A stretch of DNA of 64,000 nt from Octopus sinensis (taxonomy: Eukaryota): the NCBI RefSeq assembly GCF_006345805.1, contig NC_043011.1, forward strand, positions 59,594,464 to 59,658,463, given 5' to 3'. Below the pieces are notes generated by a model. The model had not been told where the DNA came from, did not search any database, and saw only the letters and a program-made list of their open reading frames with translations. Below, one piece after another: positions 12,957 through 25,745 of the stretch (positions are counted from its first letter, which is position 1; each line of letters starts with the position of its first letter). A program made the translations under genes and the position numbers.

Positions 12957-14202
12957 AGAAAGAAAAAGAAAGGAATAAGAAAAAAGAAACAAAACAAAAC
13001 ATGATACCTCTTCAAAGCACGGGTGTTTCTTGTGATTCTTTGTCTGTCAATGTAGAACAAGAGATAAACAGTGAAGGTCACAAAAGAGTAAAATGAAGTA
13101 TTTATAAAAAAATAAGTGTAAGGGTTGCGAATTTTGCTTTTAATAAGTAGGGTGCAGGTAGATAGTGAGATTCTGAATTCGAAACAAAAAAAAACGATTA
13201 AGGATCTGTTTGAGAATAGAACAGACGAGTTGTTGGAACCGTCCGACTGCTGTGAGGAATAAATAATCTAACGCTTTGGTTCCTGGTTCTTTGTCTGAAT
13301 ATTGAGAAACACAGAGAGTGTTATTCTCTTGCTGACAAAGTGACAACAACATTTTATCTGCTTCATTCACAGATGAAGGGCATGTAACTGAAACAAAATG
13401 ACTCTTCACCTCTCAGGGCCACTGAACTTGTCAAACTCTTCAACGAGAATCTCCCACCTAAATATTTTAGGCCACAACACGAAGAATCTCAGACAAATTC
13501 ATTTCAGCAAGTAACACGCTTGTTCGAGTGGGCCATAATTGTAAACATGAGCCGGAGAGCAAAAGAGCTTTGGCGTCTGTACGAAATCGGATTAAATCAA
13601 CGGTTTCTAAACTTCAATATTGTGGAAGATTGATTTTATCTTTTAATTCATTCATGTATATTTTCAAATCAATAGGCCAAACTCACACACAAAATAAACA
13701 GCGATCACTTTTGAAAACAATGAAGCAATGTTATAGAAATGTTCCGTTGGCCAATGGCGTTCATTGATTTCTTCATTTCATTACCAAATTCCTAATGCTC
13801 ATCTTAACAGACAAGCTGACATGACTGATTTTATTCTTCTGTCATGCTGTTTTTTTCTATTTTAATTTTCTTTTCCTTTTTGTCCATTCGTTTTTTGTTC
13901 TTTTTTATCAGGGATTTATAAAATTGAAGAAAATCTCAAATGAATAAAAAGATATTAAAAATAAATCTTGTTATTTTACTGCGTGTTTAGATTGAGAAAT
14001 TAGCATCATTCAAGTAAAAATTATGGAAATCTTTTATAAATATTAAAGCGGAAATTCCTTATGTATTTACTTAACGTTTTAAGCGATATATCGATGCGAT
14101 GTCACAGCTGGCTGCGAGGAGTGGCTGTCGGATAAGCAGTGGACGCTTCAGTGGTTTGTTGCCATTCAATGGCACTGTCTTTTGTTGATGAGCAAGAAAA
14201 CT

Positions 14203-14606
14203 AGTAGATAGATGTAGAGGTTGAGAAGTACATAGATAGGTGGGTAGCAAAGTAGACAGACAGATAGATGGGTAGATAGTTAGATAGACACATACATACA
14301 TAAAGACAGACAAACTGACATACCAACATAAATAGATACATGTATGCATAGATACATACATAAAGACACAGACAGACATACCGACATAGATAGATGCATA
14401 CATGCATACATACAGACAGACAGTCAGGCAGGCAAGGCAGACGGACAGACATAGACATAGACAGATAGACAGTCATACAGACAGACAGACAGATAGATAG
14501 ACACATACATACATAAAGACAGGCAGACAGACCGACATAGATAGATAAATACATACATACGTACATACAGACAGCCAGGTAGACATGCAGACGGACAGAC
14601 ATAGAC

Positions 14607-14694
<88 letters not shown>

Positions 14695-14735
14695 GTTGAC
14701 AGACGAATAGATAATTAGATCGATAGGTAAATGGG
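14203..14735. repeat. Degenerate (GACA/GATA/TACA)n array ending in perfect (GATA)n
   Basis: Directly visible. Confidence 0.95.
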
Positions 14736-15286
14736 TAGAAGTCTTACAGATGCAAGCATCGATGGTGCTATACTTTGGACTGGCAATTTTATGTGTGCAT
14801 CGCATTTAGTTGAAGCGCTGAAATTTAAGTGTTGCAATTCGAATCTGATCTAATATCCTGCTTCAAATAACAATTCTAGATCACTTTGATTCACTTTGGT
14901 TTTACATCTTGACTTAACATGTTGGTATATAACCCCAGGTCGGCCCTGATCGTGCCATCTTATGACACGCAGATAACTGAACGAATAACGAGATGCATCT
15001 TTTCCACTTCTACCACGACTCCGTCCGGACGAATACCATACTGCATATTCCAGCATGCTGTAAGAGTTACAGACATGTTAGATTCTCTCCACTTTCATAT
15101 CTTTTTATTTACGTCCGTATGTAGTCACGTTGGCCAGTCAGAAGTGAAACCGGTAAGAGCATGACGGTTTTTTTCTCTAAATTTATTTAAGAAGGCGTGC
15201 ATCTGGGTTCGATTTGATCCACTAAACACTCTAAGGCGGTGCCGTAGCATGGTTGCAGCTCTGTGATTATAAAGGTGTGACATTAC

Positions 15287-15336
<50 letters not shown>

Positions 15337-15480
15337 TATATATATAAATATAATTAGAAGGTATGTTAACCTCGTGAAGGGATGGTTGCATCCAAAGAAA
15401 TTCTTGTTCAATATCTAGTATTTGGGGGGAATAAAATTCTCGTATAACAATAGGTATATATTAAGCATATAGATTATACC

Positions 15481-15866
15481 ATTTAAAAGAAGAAAAGAAA
15501 ATGGAGATAAGGAAGTTTAATAATTGTTTTTTATTAACAAATTGGTCATCTTCGCTTCTTACAGCCGTTTCGATTAATACTCAATAATTTAATTTCAAAT
15601 TTGTACACTGAATTTACATTTATGCGACATGAGCATAATTTCATAAGAGACATTTTTTGAGAGGTCCACATATAACATCCCAAGGTACATCTGTTTTTCT
15701 CTGATGAAATTATAATCATGTCATTTAAATTTAAATTTAATGCACAAATTTCTAAATAAATTATTGAGTATTAATTAAAACGGCTTCAAGAAGGGAAAAT
15801 GACCAATTTGTTAATAATAAACAATTATCAACTTCCTTATCTCCATTTTCTTTTCTTCTTTCAAAT
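15481..15866. mobile_element. Inverted repeat (~170-bp arms) with degenerate hammerheads; probable Penelope-like pseudo-LTR remnant
   Basis: Arms are diverged reverse complements. The right arm keeps CTGATGA (15701-15707); the left arm (minus) keeps GAAACGGCTGTAAGAAG. (TA)n tracts lie on both sides. Confidence 0.65.
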
Positions 15867-15889
15867 ATATGTCTGTGTGTTCATGCCTG

Positions 15890-15936
<47 letters not shown>

Positions 15937-15983
15937 ATATATATATATTTATATATACCTTTGTGTATAAATATATATATATA

Positions 15984-16040
<57 letters not shown>

Positions 16041-16050
16041 GTATATATAC

Positions 16051-16089
<39 letters not shown>

Positions 16090-16090
<1 letters not shown>

Positions 16091-16362
16091 GTGAGTGGCG
16101 GGGTGGTAAGTAGCTTCTTACCAACCAAATGGTTTCAGGTTCAGTCCCACTGCGTGGCACGTTGTGCGAGTGTCTTTTACTATAGCCTCGGGCCGACCAA
16201 AGCTTTGTGGGTGGATTTCGTGGACGGAAACTGAAAGAAGGCTGTCGTATATGTGTGTGTGTGTTGTGTGTGTGTGTGTGCATATATATATATTATATAT
16301 ACCTTTGTGTATAAATATATATATAAATTATTATTATTATTATTATTATTATATTATTATTA

Positions 16363-16434
<72 letters not shown>

Positions 16435-16590
16435 GTGAGTGGCGGGGTGGTAAGTAGCTTCTTACCAACCAAATGGTTTCAGGTTCAGTCCCACTGCGTG
16501 GCACGTTGTGCGAGTGTCTTTTACTATAGCCTCGGGCCGACCAAAGCTTTGTGGGTGGATTTCGTGGACGGAAACTGAAAGAAGGCTGTC

Positions 16591-16639
<49 letters not shown>

Positions 16640-16830
16640 TGTCCCCCCGCCATCGCTTTACAACCAATGGTGTTATGTTCAAGTCCCCGTAACTTAGTGG
16701 TTCGGCAAAAGGGACCGATAGAATAAGTACTAGGCTTACAAAGAATAAGTCCTGGGGTCGATTTGTTCGACTAAAGGTGGTGCTCCAGCATGGCTGCAGT
16801 CAGATGAATGAAACAAAAGAATAAAAGAAT
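16090..16830 (+). mobile_element. SINE family B (tRNA-like head, internal TA/GT microsatellite, AAAAGAAT-type tail) with duplicated 5' half
   Basis: Homologous to 38614-39012; the 5' half occurs twice in tandem. Confidence 0.85.
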
Positions 16831-18081
16831 ATACTACACACATACATACACATTTTAATATAGTAAGAACATATTTAAAAGCATAGAAATATCGCTAAAC
16901 TGACGGGAAGAGGGGAGATTTAAAGTTGCTCTACTGAGATGGAAAAAGTGATAGCAATAAAGGTTGTGAGACTGGAATTGAAATGTAAGCAAAAGTGAGG
17001 AGGAAAGAACAGTGATGTGATTTGTATAGGAAAGAGAAAGGAACAGAAAATACGAGAAAAAGAGAAGAGTAGAGAATATACGAAATGGCTAGAATTTGTT
17101 AGAATCAGACGAGTCACGACAGATCATAGAAGCTAACTTTATTGAAAATCGGGCATAGAAAGAAGATCAAAGAGAATTCTTTGAAAGAAAAGGAAAAGAT
17201 AAAAAGAAAATAGCTAGGCTTTGCTTTCTAAGCCATTGGCAGGTGGCCTTTCGGCAGCTTTAGCACAATAGAAGCATTCAAGCGCGTAGACCAGACAAGA
17301 CAGGAACCGCAAAGAAAAATACAAAAGAAGCAAAAAGATAAGATAATAGAATGATAAAACTAATAAAAGGTAAATTATGAAAGGAATTTTAAAGCCTTCA
17401 AGATGCAATAAGAATAAAAGTATATCATAATCTTAACAGGCTGCTTTTATTCGTATAAACAAAGAAGGATATAGGAAAGTTAGGACGAGCATGTTGGATC
17501 GAAATAATGGTTAATAGTTGTTTAATATGATTGACGTAAGTTGATATCTGGAATAAAAGTAAATGTTTGAAAAATTTAGTGTCTGCCGAATGTAATTGCT
17601 TCCCGCTGTTTGTTGATGGATAGACATCTATTCTCTCGTAGTATTTCCAGCAAATCCCAGAAGCATAGATCGCATGCAGATTGGCCACTTTGGTAAAGTC
17701 TTCCAATCCTAATAATTGACCAGCAAATATTACAGGAAACGTTCTTAGCTTTGAGGTAATTGATATAATTTGCTAACGAGCTAGATTTGCGTGTAACATG
17801 AAAATGAACTGAGATTATCTATATAAGATCACTTGAAATCGGTAGAAGAACCAATGTATATTTTTGTCGAATGCTGTTGCATAGTTTGAACAGTGCATCT
17901 GTAAATATTATAATGCAAGCAAGACAACACTGAGGGAAATGTTTGTTTACTCTACAATTACAGCTCTTCGTTACGTGTTAAAATATCATTAGCATTGATG
18001 CCTTTGTGGTTAATATCTTTCTTTTTCTCCATAATATTGTCAATACGATTCTTCTAATTGTCATTATTAAGATTATTATTA

Positions 18082-18298
18082 AGGCAGCTAGCTGGCAGAA
18101 TCGTTAGCACACCGGTCAAAATACTTAGCGGCATTTCGTCCATCTTTACGTTCTGAGTTCAAATCCTGCTGGGGTTGATTTTACATTTCATCCTTTAGGG
18201 GTCGATGAAATAAGTTCCTATCAAATATTGTGATCGATGTAATTGACTAGACCCCCTCCACACTAAATTTCAGGTCTTGTGCCAATAAGACAAAAGAT
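18082..18298 (+). mobile_element. SINE family M, older variant
   Basis: Head, B box, Meta-like block and short CCTTGTGCC-type tail. Confidence 0.75.
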
Positions 18299-18319
18299 GA
18301 TTATTATTATTACAGTTAT

Positions 18320-18644
18320 GTGAAGGCACGTGGCTTAGTGGTTTGGGCATTCGGCTCACGATTGTAAGGTCGTGAGTTCGATTCCCGGCGATGCGTTGTT
18401 TCCTTGAGCAAGACACTTTATTTCACGTTGCTCCAGCCCACTCACCTGGCAAAAATGAGTAGTATCTGTATTTTTCAAAGGGCCAGCCTTGTCACACTGT
18501 GACATGCTGAATCTCCCTGAGAATTAGGTTAGGGGTACACGTGTCTGTGGAGTGCTCAGCCACTTGTACGTTAATTTCACTAGCAATCTGTTCAGTTAAT
18601 CGTATCAGCTGGGACCCTCGTCGTCGTAACCGACGGAGTTCTCC
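18320..18644 (+). mobile_element. tRNA-derived CORE-like SINE with tail X
   Basis: A box TGGCTTAGTGG, B box GAGTTCGATTCC, CORE-like CCTTGAGCAAGACACTT...AAATGAGT; 3' half shared with 36286; TSD TACAGTTAT. Confidence 0.85.
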
Positions 18645-19301
18645 TACAGTTATATTTGGAAGGATTATAAATATTATCATTACTATTAATATTTCTATTA
18701 AGTTGGGGAGATGACAGAATCTTTGGTGAGTCGAACAAATTGCTCAGAGACATTTCTTCCAGTTCGTTACTTTCTGAGCTCAGATCCCTCCAAGATGAAA
18801 TTAAATACCAAAAAAAAAAATTGCAGTCATCGACTGATAACCCTCCGATCGAAATTGCTGGTTTTCTGCCAAGGTTAGAAAAAATTATTGTTGTTGACCT
18901 CAAAAGAATTTTAGAAACCTTTGAAAGAATGTGAAATAATTCTTTTTTTGGAATAGAATATCTCCTTTTCTCTTGGACTTTCCTCTGTCTCCAGTTTTTG
19001 AAGAAGAGCTTTGCTCGAAACGTAAAAATACCTTTCTTTCCCTGGGCGTTTTTTAATACTTTGCACATGTAACACGGCTTCGCATCGTTTTTTTTTTTGT
19101 TTTTTTTCCTTCGTTTGTTTGGATTGAATACAAACATACATACATATATGTATATGTATATATAATATATATATATATTATATATATATATACACTCATA
19201 CATAGATATACCCTTGTATACTTGTATAAGCATACATTTAAATGCATTTGTGTATACAGACATATATGTATGTGTACATATGTTTATGTGTGAATGTATA
19301 C

Positions 19302-19336
<35 letters not shown>

Positions 19337-19601
19337 CTCTCACTCTCTCTCTCACACACACACGTACACACCTGGTGCGTGTTTGTGGTGTTTTTCCTCC
19401 AGCATTATCTGCTTTAACAGTAAGTACGAGACTATAATTACGGTGAAGTGAATATATTTCACAAGAGCCCCATGTGGTCGAAGCTGTATTAGAATACACG
19501 ACATACATTAAAGATCCTCAAAACACCTGACTTCATTGAGATTCAGCTTGTGATACGACTGTTTGCCATTAACTCTCTCTCTCTCCCTCCCTTTCGCTCA
19601 T

Positions 19602-19637
<36 letters not shown>

Positions 19638-19938
19638 CACTCACTCTCACTCGCTATCTCTCTACCTTTCTATCTATTTATCTCTGTCCTATTTTGAACG
19701 CAATTTTTTAACTTACTTCGTAACAAAATATATATTCTTACGACACAGAACTTAACAATTCTTCTTATGATAAGACTCGGTGATACATGGTTATTTTCTG
19801 TGCGAATAGAGAAGATATACATTTTCCTTCTTCTTTTACTTGTTTCAGTTATTAGACTACTGCCAAGCTGGAGCATTGCCTTGAAAAGTTTAACTGAACA
19901 AAGAGTCCCCAGGATTTGTTTTTAAAAAACAAATTTTG

Positions 19939-20183
19939 TGGATCTTTTCGCTTTGACCGGCAGATTTTTAAAATAATTTCCACGTAACTAAGCACTTTTA
20001 AACTTCGTTTACTGGTAGAATGTGTTTATAAAACATGTTTTTCTCTTGATTTTCTCGAGAAAATTCTGTAATTTGTAAGCTATTTGCTGTTTAATTTCTT
20101 GCATTTCTTCACAAAGATCCGGAGATATTGTATTCATCTCAATAGACGTCATTGATTGGTTGAAATTGCCGAAATGCAAGAAA
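19939..20183 (+). mobile_element. Rearranged partial copy of the GGATC-TIR MITE family
   Basis: Starts GGATCTTTTCGCTTTGACCGGCAG, aligns to 35553 onward, then carries an inverted internal segment. Confidence 0.7.
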
Positions 20184-20184
20184 T

Positions 20185-20824
20185 CTTAGGAAAGAGATGG
20201 AAGACTGCAGATGCTAAATCTAGCGAATAGGGTTGGGTGCAAAAGCGATACGATGTTGTTTTGGGCGAGAAACTTGCGAGCGAGTGAAGCTCGGTAACAG
20301 GCTGCATTGTCGTAGTGAATAATCTAATTCTTCGCGCTCTTCAGATCCAGTCGCTTACGCCGAATGTCATCCCTCAAACGCTATAAAACGTCGTTGATTG
20401 TCCTCCAATAATCTTCATACACAAACTGATGAATTTTCTCCACCTTTCGTGGCGGGCCTTCTGAATCGCTTATCGTCTTCCAGAGACGTTCTTCCGCTTT
20501 TAAAACGCCCATACCACTCGAAACATCGCATACAACCCATTGCCGCGTCACCATAAGCTTGCCGAAGAATGCTCAATGTCTCTGTAGCAGACTTCCCAAG
20601 TTGAACAAAAAATTTCACGTTAGCTCTCAGTTCCAGCTTCCTGTCCATAACAAAAATCGCAGACTATGGCATACATGTAATCACAAAAATACAAATTTCG
20701 CAACTTGCGAAGTAAACACAGCGGTGTCATTCGGTACGCTGCCACATGAAGGTCACGGCTTGCTCTCACTGCGCACGTAACTGTGTGCTGCCACAGTCCT
20801 GGAATTTTTTAGTACAACCTCGTA
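20185..20824 (-). mobile_element. Internally deleted, pseudogenised mariner transposon
   Basis: TIR-like TACGAGGTTGTACTAAAAAATTCC; N-terminal HTH ...RANVKFFVQLGKSATETLSILRQAYGD...FEWYGRFKSGRTSLEDD joined to a catalytic-domain remnant IHYDNA...FLAQNNI...HP/YSLDLAS, with stops and a frameshift. Confidence 0.9.
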
Positions 20825-20842
20825 GAAGACAGACAGACAAGC

Positions 20843-20916
<74 letters not shown>

Positions 20917-23431
20917 TTAGATAGATAGAGAGAGAGAGAGATAGAGAGAGAGAGAGGGAGAAATAGATGGATGGATAGATAGTTGAAATTTTTGAGTATG
21001 TATGAAGATTTATTTAAATTTAAATTAATCCTTTTAACCGGTTTCACATGTGTATGCTTTTATAAAGAAATTACATGTGTATGCTTTTAGAAATTGTAAA
21101 TTTTGGGGAACTGGAGCTAAATCGCAAACTGTAATTTTTCTGGCCACATACACACACACACATGTGCGTGCATGTGGGTGTATGCGTGTGTAATATAACA
21201 TAATATCTACGGCGTAATTGATTTGCTAAATATTTTCCAGCTTAGGTGGGGGCGGTTATGTACCGAATACGTGATAACAAGATAACAACTACACGCCTTT
21301 ATTAGCAAGCGATACTGATAACTTTGTTATGGTTTGAAACACTTCTATCTGATAAGTTGATACACGTGATTAAGAAAGATTATCATTACAATAATAAAAT
21401 TATAAATTATATTTGCTGCTGTCTGTGATAAATTGTTAAAATCTGTTAAGTTTGTCAAGTTAAAAAGAAAAAGTTATCCAAGGTTTTTATTTGTGTTTTC
21501 GTTTTGTTTCGAATTAGATAATAACCATTTTAAGCTGTTCAACTTGCAGACACTGGAATCTAGTTATCATGATAGACTTAACATTTTATTACACACTGCA
21601 GTTGGCTGTGGTCGTTTGGCAGGTCAATTTCGTTTGTCTCGGTTTCTATAGATTAGTTTAAGAGAAATTTAATGCGTCTTAAAAGCTAAAAAATAAAATG
21701 AAGACGCAGAATCTCTGTCTTCATGATATTGGTAAACATTAAACAGGAATCTCCTAATAATTGGTTTTAAACTGTACAAAGAACGTGAATGTGCTTCAAG
21801 TGTTTTGGAGGAAACAACGAAAAGAGACGGCTGTGAGCGCCATTAACGCAGTTATTTAATTTGATACTGGATTGTTGCGGTCATTAAAATATTTGCATAG
21901 ACGCAAGTATGGCTGCATGGTAAGAAGCATGCTTCTCAGCTACACGGTTCCGGGTTCGATCCCACAGCGTAGCCCCTTGGGCTTGTGTTTTCTACTATAT
22001 CTTGGTGTTAATCAAAGCCTTGTGAGTGAATTTGTAAAGGGAAATTGTAAGAATCTTGCCGTATGTATTTATGTGTGTGGAGGGGGTAATAGTGGTGGTG
22101 GGGTGTTTGCGTTTGTCTCCAACCACTGCTTGCCAACCGGTAATGGTTTGTTTACGTGCCAGAAAAACCAGGCTTAAAAATAAGCACTGGAGTTGATTTA
22201 CTCGACTAATTACTGTGCCTCAACATGACCTCAATCTAGTGTCTGATAGAAGTAGAAGATAAAAGAAGTTCTGTTTTGCGAAAATGGCATCAACCAAGCA
22301 TCTCTTTTATTTTGGCAGTCAATTATGTTTCGTTCATTAATAATTATTCTTCGCAGACAAGAAGCCTAAGAAAATTTTTTTTAAAGTTTATAAAGTTTAA
22401 AAATTTTGGGTTAATAGAAGAGTCGATTATATTTAGGCCAGTTCTTGACAGGTCCATGATTTATTGAGTCTGAAAGGACGAAAAGCAAAATTGATTCCGG
22501 TGGGTTTTAAACTCAGATCTTTAAAAACCGGAAAACATACGAAGAGACATTTTATCTGACTTTCTAACGACTCTGCAAGATTGTCGTCTTCCTTTTGTTT
22601 AATACTTTTTGTTGCTCTCGGGGCATAAGACAATTTAGCTTACATCATTCCTTTTATTGATATGCTTTGGAAATACGTCGTTCCGGGTTCAGTCCCACTG
22701 TGCAGCACCTTCGGCAGGAGTCTACTCTCATAGTCCCAGGCCGATTAATGACTTGTGAGTGTAACTGGAGACCTGAACCAATTGGTTATTGATACTCTCA
22801 AGGACCAAGGACCAGGGACCAGGTGGTGACATTAAACCGAGCGACAGATTTTGCCTACCACACAAAAAGGCCATAGCAATATTTGAACTCGGAACGCAAG
22901 ATCCGGGCCAGATACTGTGAGACATCTCGTCTGACTCTCTAACGATTTTGCTATCTACTACTCTAAATTATTTCTTTGTTGACACTTGAAAGATAAAAGA
23001 CAAATTTGACCTTAGAGGATCCGAACTCAAAACGCTGAATACGTATCGCCCGATGCCCTAACGATTCTGTAAATTCGCCGCCGAGTTGACTCGAAAACAA
23101 GCAAAACTAAGCCAATAACTATTGGAAACACCTGTAGTAAGCACGTGACTGCAGTTAAACAATAATTATTTTATTTTCTACGTTTATGAGCGTTCATTAG
23201 GGAGGCTAATTGACATAATGCTGTATACAGGGAACCGACAAGCTCCTTAAACTGCGATTATTAATGATGCCCAAATAAATAGAAAAAAACACATTTTAGG
23301 AATAAATCACCTAATTATATCCAACACGACTAAATCACCTCGTATTTTATCAACTGAAGCTCGACTGAATTTTCACTTCAAATAAAAATATTTTCTTTCG
23401 ATTAGGCACAAAATGTTGTTGACAAAATACG

Positions 23432-23650
23432 GCAGATATTGTATTCACCTCAACAGACGTCCTTCATTGGTTGAAATTGCCGAAATGCAAGAAATTAAGC
23501 AACAAATAGCTTACAAACTACAGGATTTTCTCAAGAAAGCCAAGAGAAAAAGATGTTTTATGTAACACATTCTACCAGTATACGAAGTTTAAAAGTGTTT
23601 AGTTACAAAGAAATAATTTTAAAAATCTGCCGGTCAAAGTGAAAAGATCC
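23432..23650 (-). mobile_element. Partial copy of the GGATC-TIR MITE family
   Basis: Ends CTGCCGGTCAAAGTGAAAAGATCC, the reverse complement of the start at 19939. Confidence 0.75.
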
Positions 23651-24944
23651 TGGTTCTGTGTTTTAGGACACAGAAAATATGAAGTACACCGAAATTAGTT
23701 TCAAAGTGAACCTGAAATCGCATTGTGCTCTCAGCTTGTTAACATCTACGGTTTACCTTATGCTATGCAATAGTCACTTCTTTATAGCGTAAAATATTAC
23801 TTTTAAACAATGAAAGGTTAGAGAGCGGGCAGAATTCTTACCACACCGGACAAGATGTTTAGCGGCATATCTACCGGCTCTTTGCGTTCTTAGTTCAAAT
23901 ACCGTCAAGATCGGCCTCACTGTTCATTCATTCGATAGAATGAGTACCAGTTGATCATTGAAATCGATGTAATCAACTCCTCACTACTCCCAAAATTGCC
24001 GGCCTTGTGCCGAAATTAGAAAGAACTATTTTACACAATGAAAGAAATCGTCGAGAACAGGACGAAATTCTGAAATGATATTCGGTCGTTAATCCTCGGT
24101 TCTGAGTTCAAATCCTTCGGTAATCAATTATAAGTTTGATTTACACAATAAATGACAGTAATAAAGTGAAAAAACAACATCATAAATACTAGAATGATTA
24201 AGATATTGAACAGCCAACTCATGGGTTGTATCGTGGCTAAAGGCACGTTGGTATGTTTCTGGGCAGAATATTTTGTTCTACATTTCTTCACCTTGTAAAG
24301 AATAAACTATTTTGAATGACACAACAATGCACTATAATACAAACAATGGACTTATATACCTGTTGTAATTTAATCCTCCATATCCCATATCATATCCTCA
24401 TATGAGGATATGATATTTCGAATAAAATTCCTTCTTCAGATATCCCAAGCAATTGATGGAGTCGCTGCTATAATCGGTTTTCTAACGGCTTTTCTTTTCT
24501 ATTTTTCGGAAGCGTCTCAGCAGTGGTCTGACGAAGCTCCTTCCGGAATTCCTCATGAGAAGTGCGTGAGGTCGGTCATGTCTCAATCTCGTGTGTGCTA
24601 GCACATCCTTAGCGCTGCTTCTAAGTGGTGTGGTATACGTACAGCTTCCCCCTTTTTTTGCCCCCTTCTCCTTGTTCTCCCTCTTCGCCATCCAACTGTT
24701 CAAACTTCAGGTTTTTCTTTCTCCCGTTTAACGTCACGCAATTCAAACTAACATCCCACAAGATGGATTACACTTACTCACTTTGAAAAACATTGGGGCA
24801 GATCGATCGATCAGATTTATTTTATTTTCCCTTCAACAAATAACATGTCTTCCTGTTTTAAAATAACTATTTCAAACGTGGTCGTTATATTTATACGTTT
24901 TAATCTATTAATACAACTATCTGATATACATCTATTATATTTTT

Positions 24945-24968
24945 GGTTTTCTTTCTTTTTCTTTCCAG
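24945..24968 (+). promoter_or_regulatory. Candidate 3' splice acceptor of a 5' UTR intron of the receptor gene
   Basis: Polypyrimidine tract TTTTCTTTCTTTTTCTTTC followed by CAG ending at 24968, about 780 nt upstream of the ATG. Confidence 0.35.
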
Positions 24969-25745
24969 ATTACGATTCAGAACGGAATTCGCAACAAACT
25001 GAAGACTAATCGGACACATTACAAGACATGAACAGATAGTGCCAAAGTAGAACTGTAGATATGATGTATACAAAACCAAATCATCGGATTCTAAAATAGT
25101 TGCATGAAAAGCAAAATTTTCGATTCCATCGATTTCCAAAGATCAAAAAAAAAAAAATTAAACATTTTCGATCTCTCTTGTAGATTTACTAACAAGGATC
25201 TTTGTTTTTGTTTTGTTTTCGTTTTTGTTTTTAAATTTTATTGATATTTTTCTGAACTACATTGTAAATATTTTGTTGATTTCTGCGTGAAACATTTAAA
25301 AAAAATATCTTTGTTTTGATGTTTGTGTTTTTGTGTTTTATTTTATTTCCATAATATGTACATGCATAGAAAATTCTACAAGTTTTCCTGACGCCAACTC
25401 ATTTCATATTAACTAGAAAACGTTCGGATATGATATCTTTATTTCCTAATAAGAAACCCAACATCAAATTTAAACAAATAAAACAAATCAAGCGACAGAT
25501 GGCATAGATTTCTAACGAAAGTGGTTCTCATTTTCTAGAATATGTAGATTTTTCTTTTTAATTCTATAAAACGTAAAAATTTACGTGGATCTCATATCTA
25601 AGATTGCAAACAAATACTACTGAATTTCAAATTACAACTTAAATATATAATGCAATCAAATGCCATCACAAGCAAAATAAATTTTGATTCATTTTAAAGC
25701 AATTTCATCTCTCTTCAACCACTGAAAATATTCAAATATTCAAAG

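Noticed and set aside
16890-17450. Purine-rich segment, possibly an old LINE 3' end
   Set aside because: Too degenerate to recover a diagnostic motif.
18592-19371. 259-aa ORF on the minus strand
   Set aside because: Spans microsatellite, a repeat remnant and a SINE tail; composition is not protein-like.
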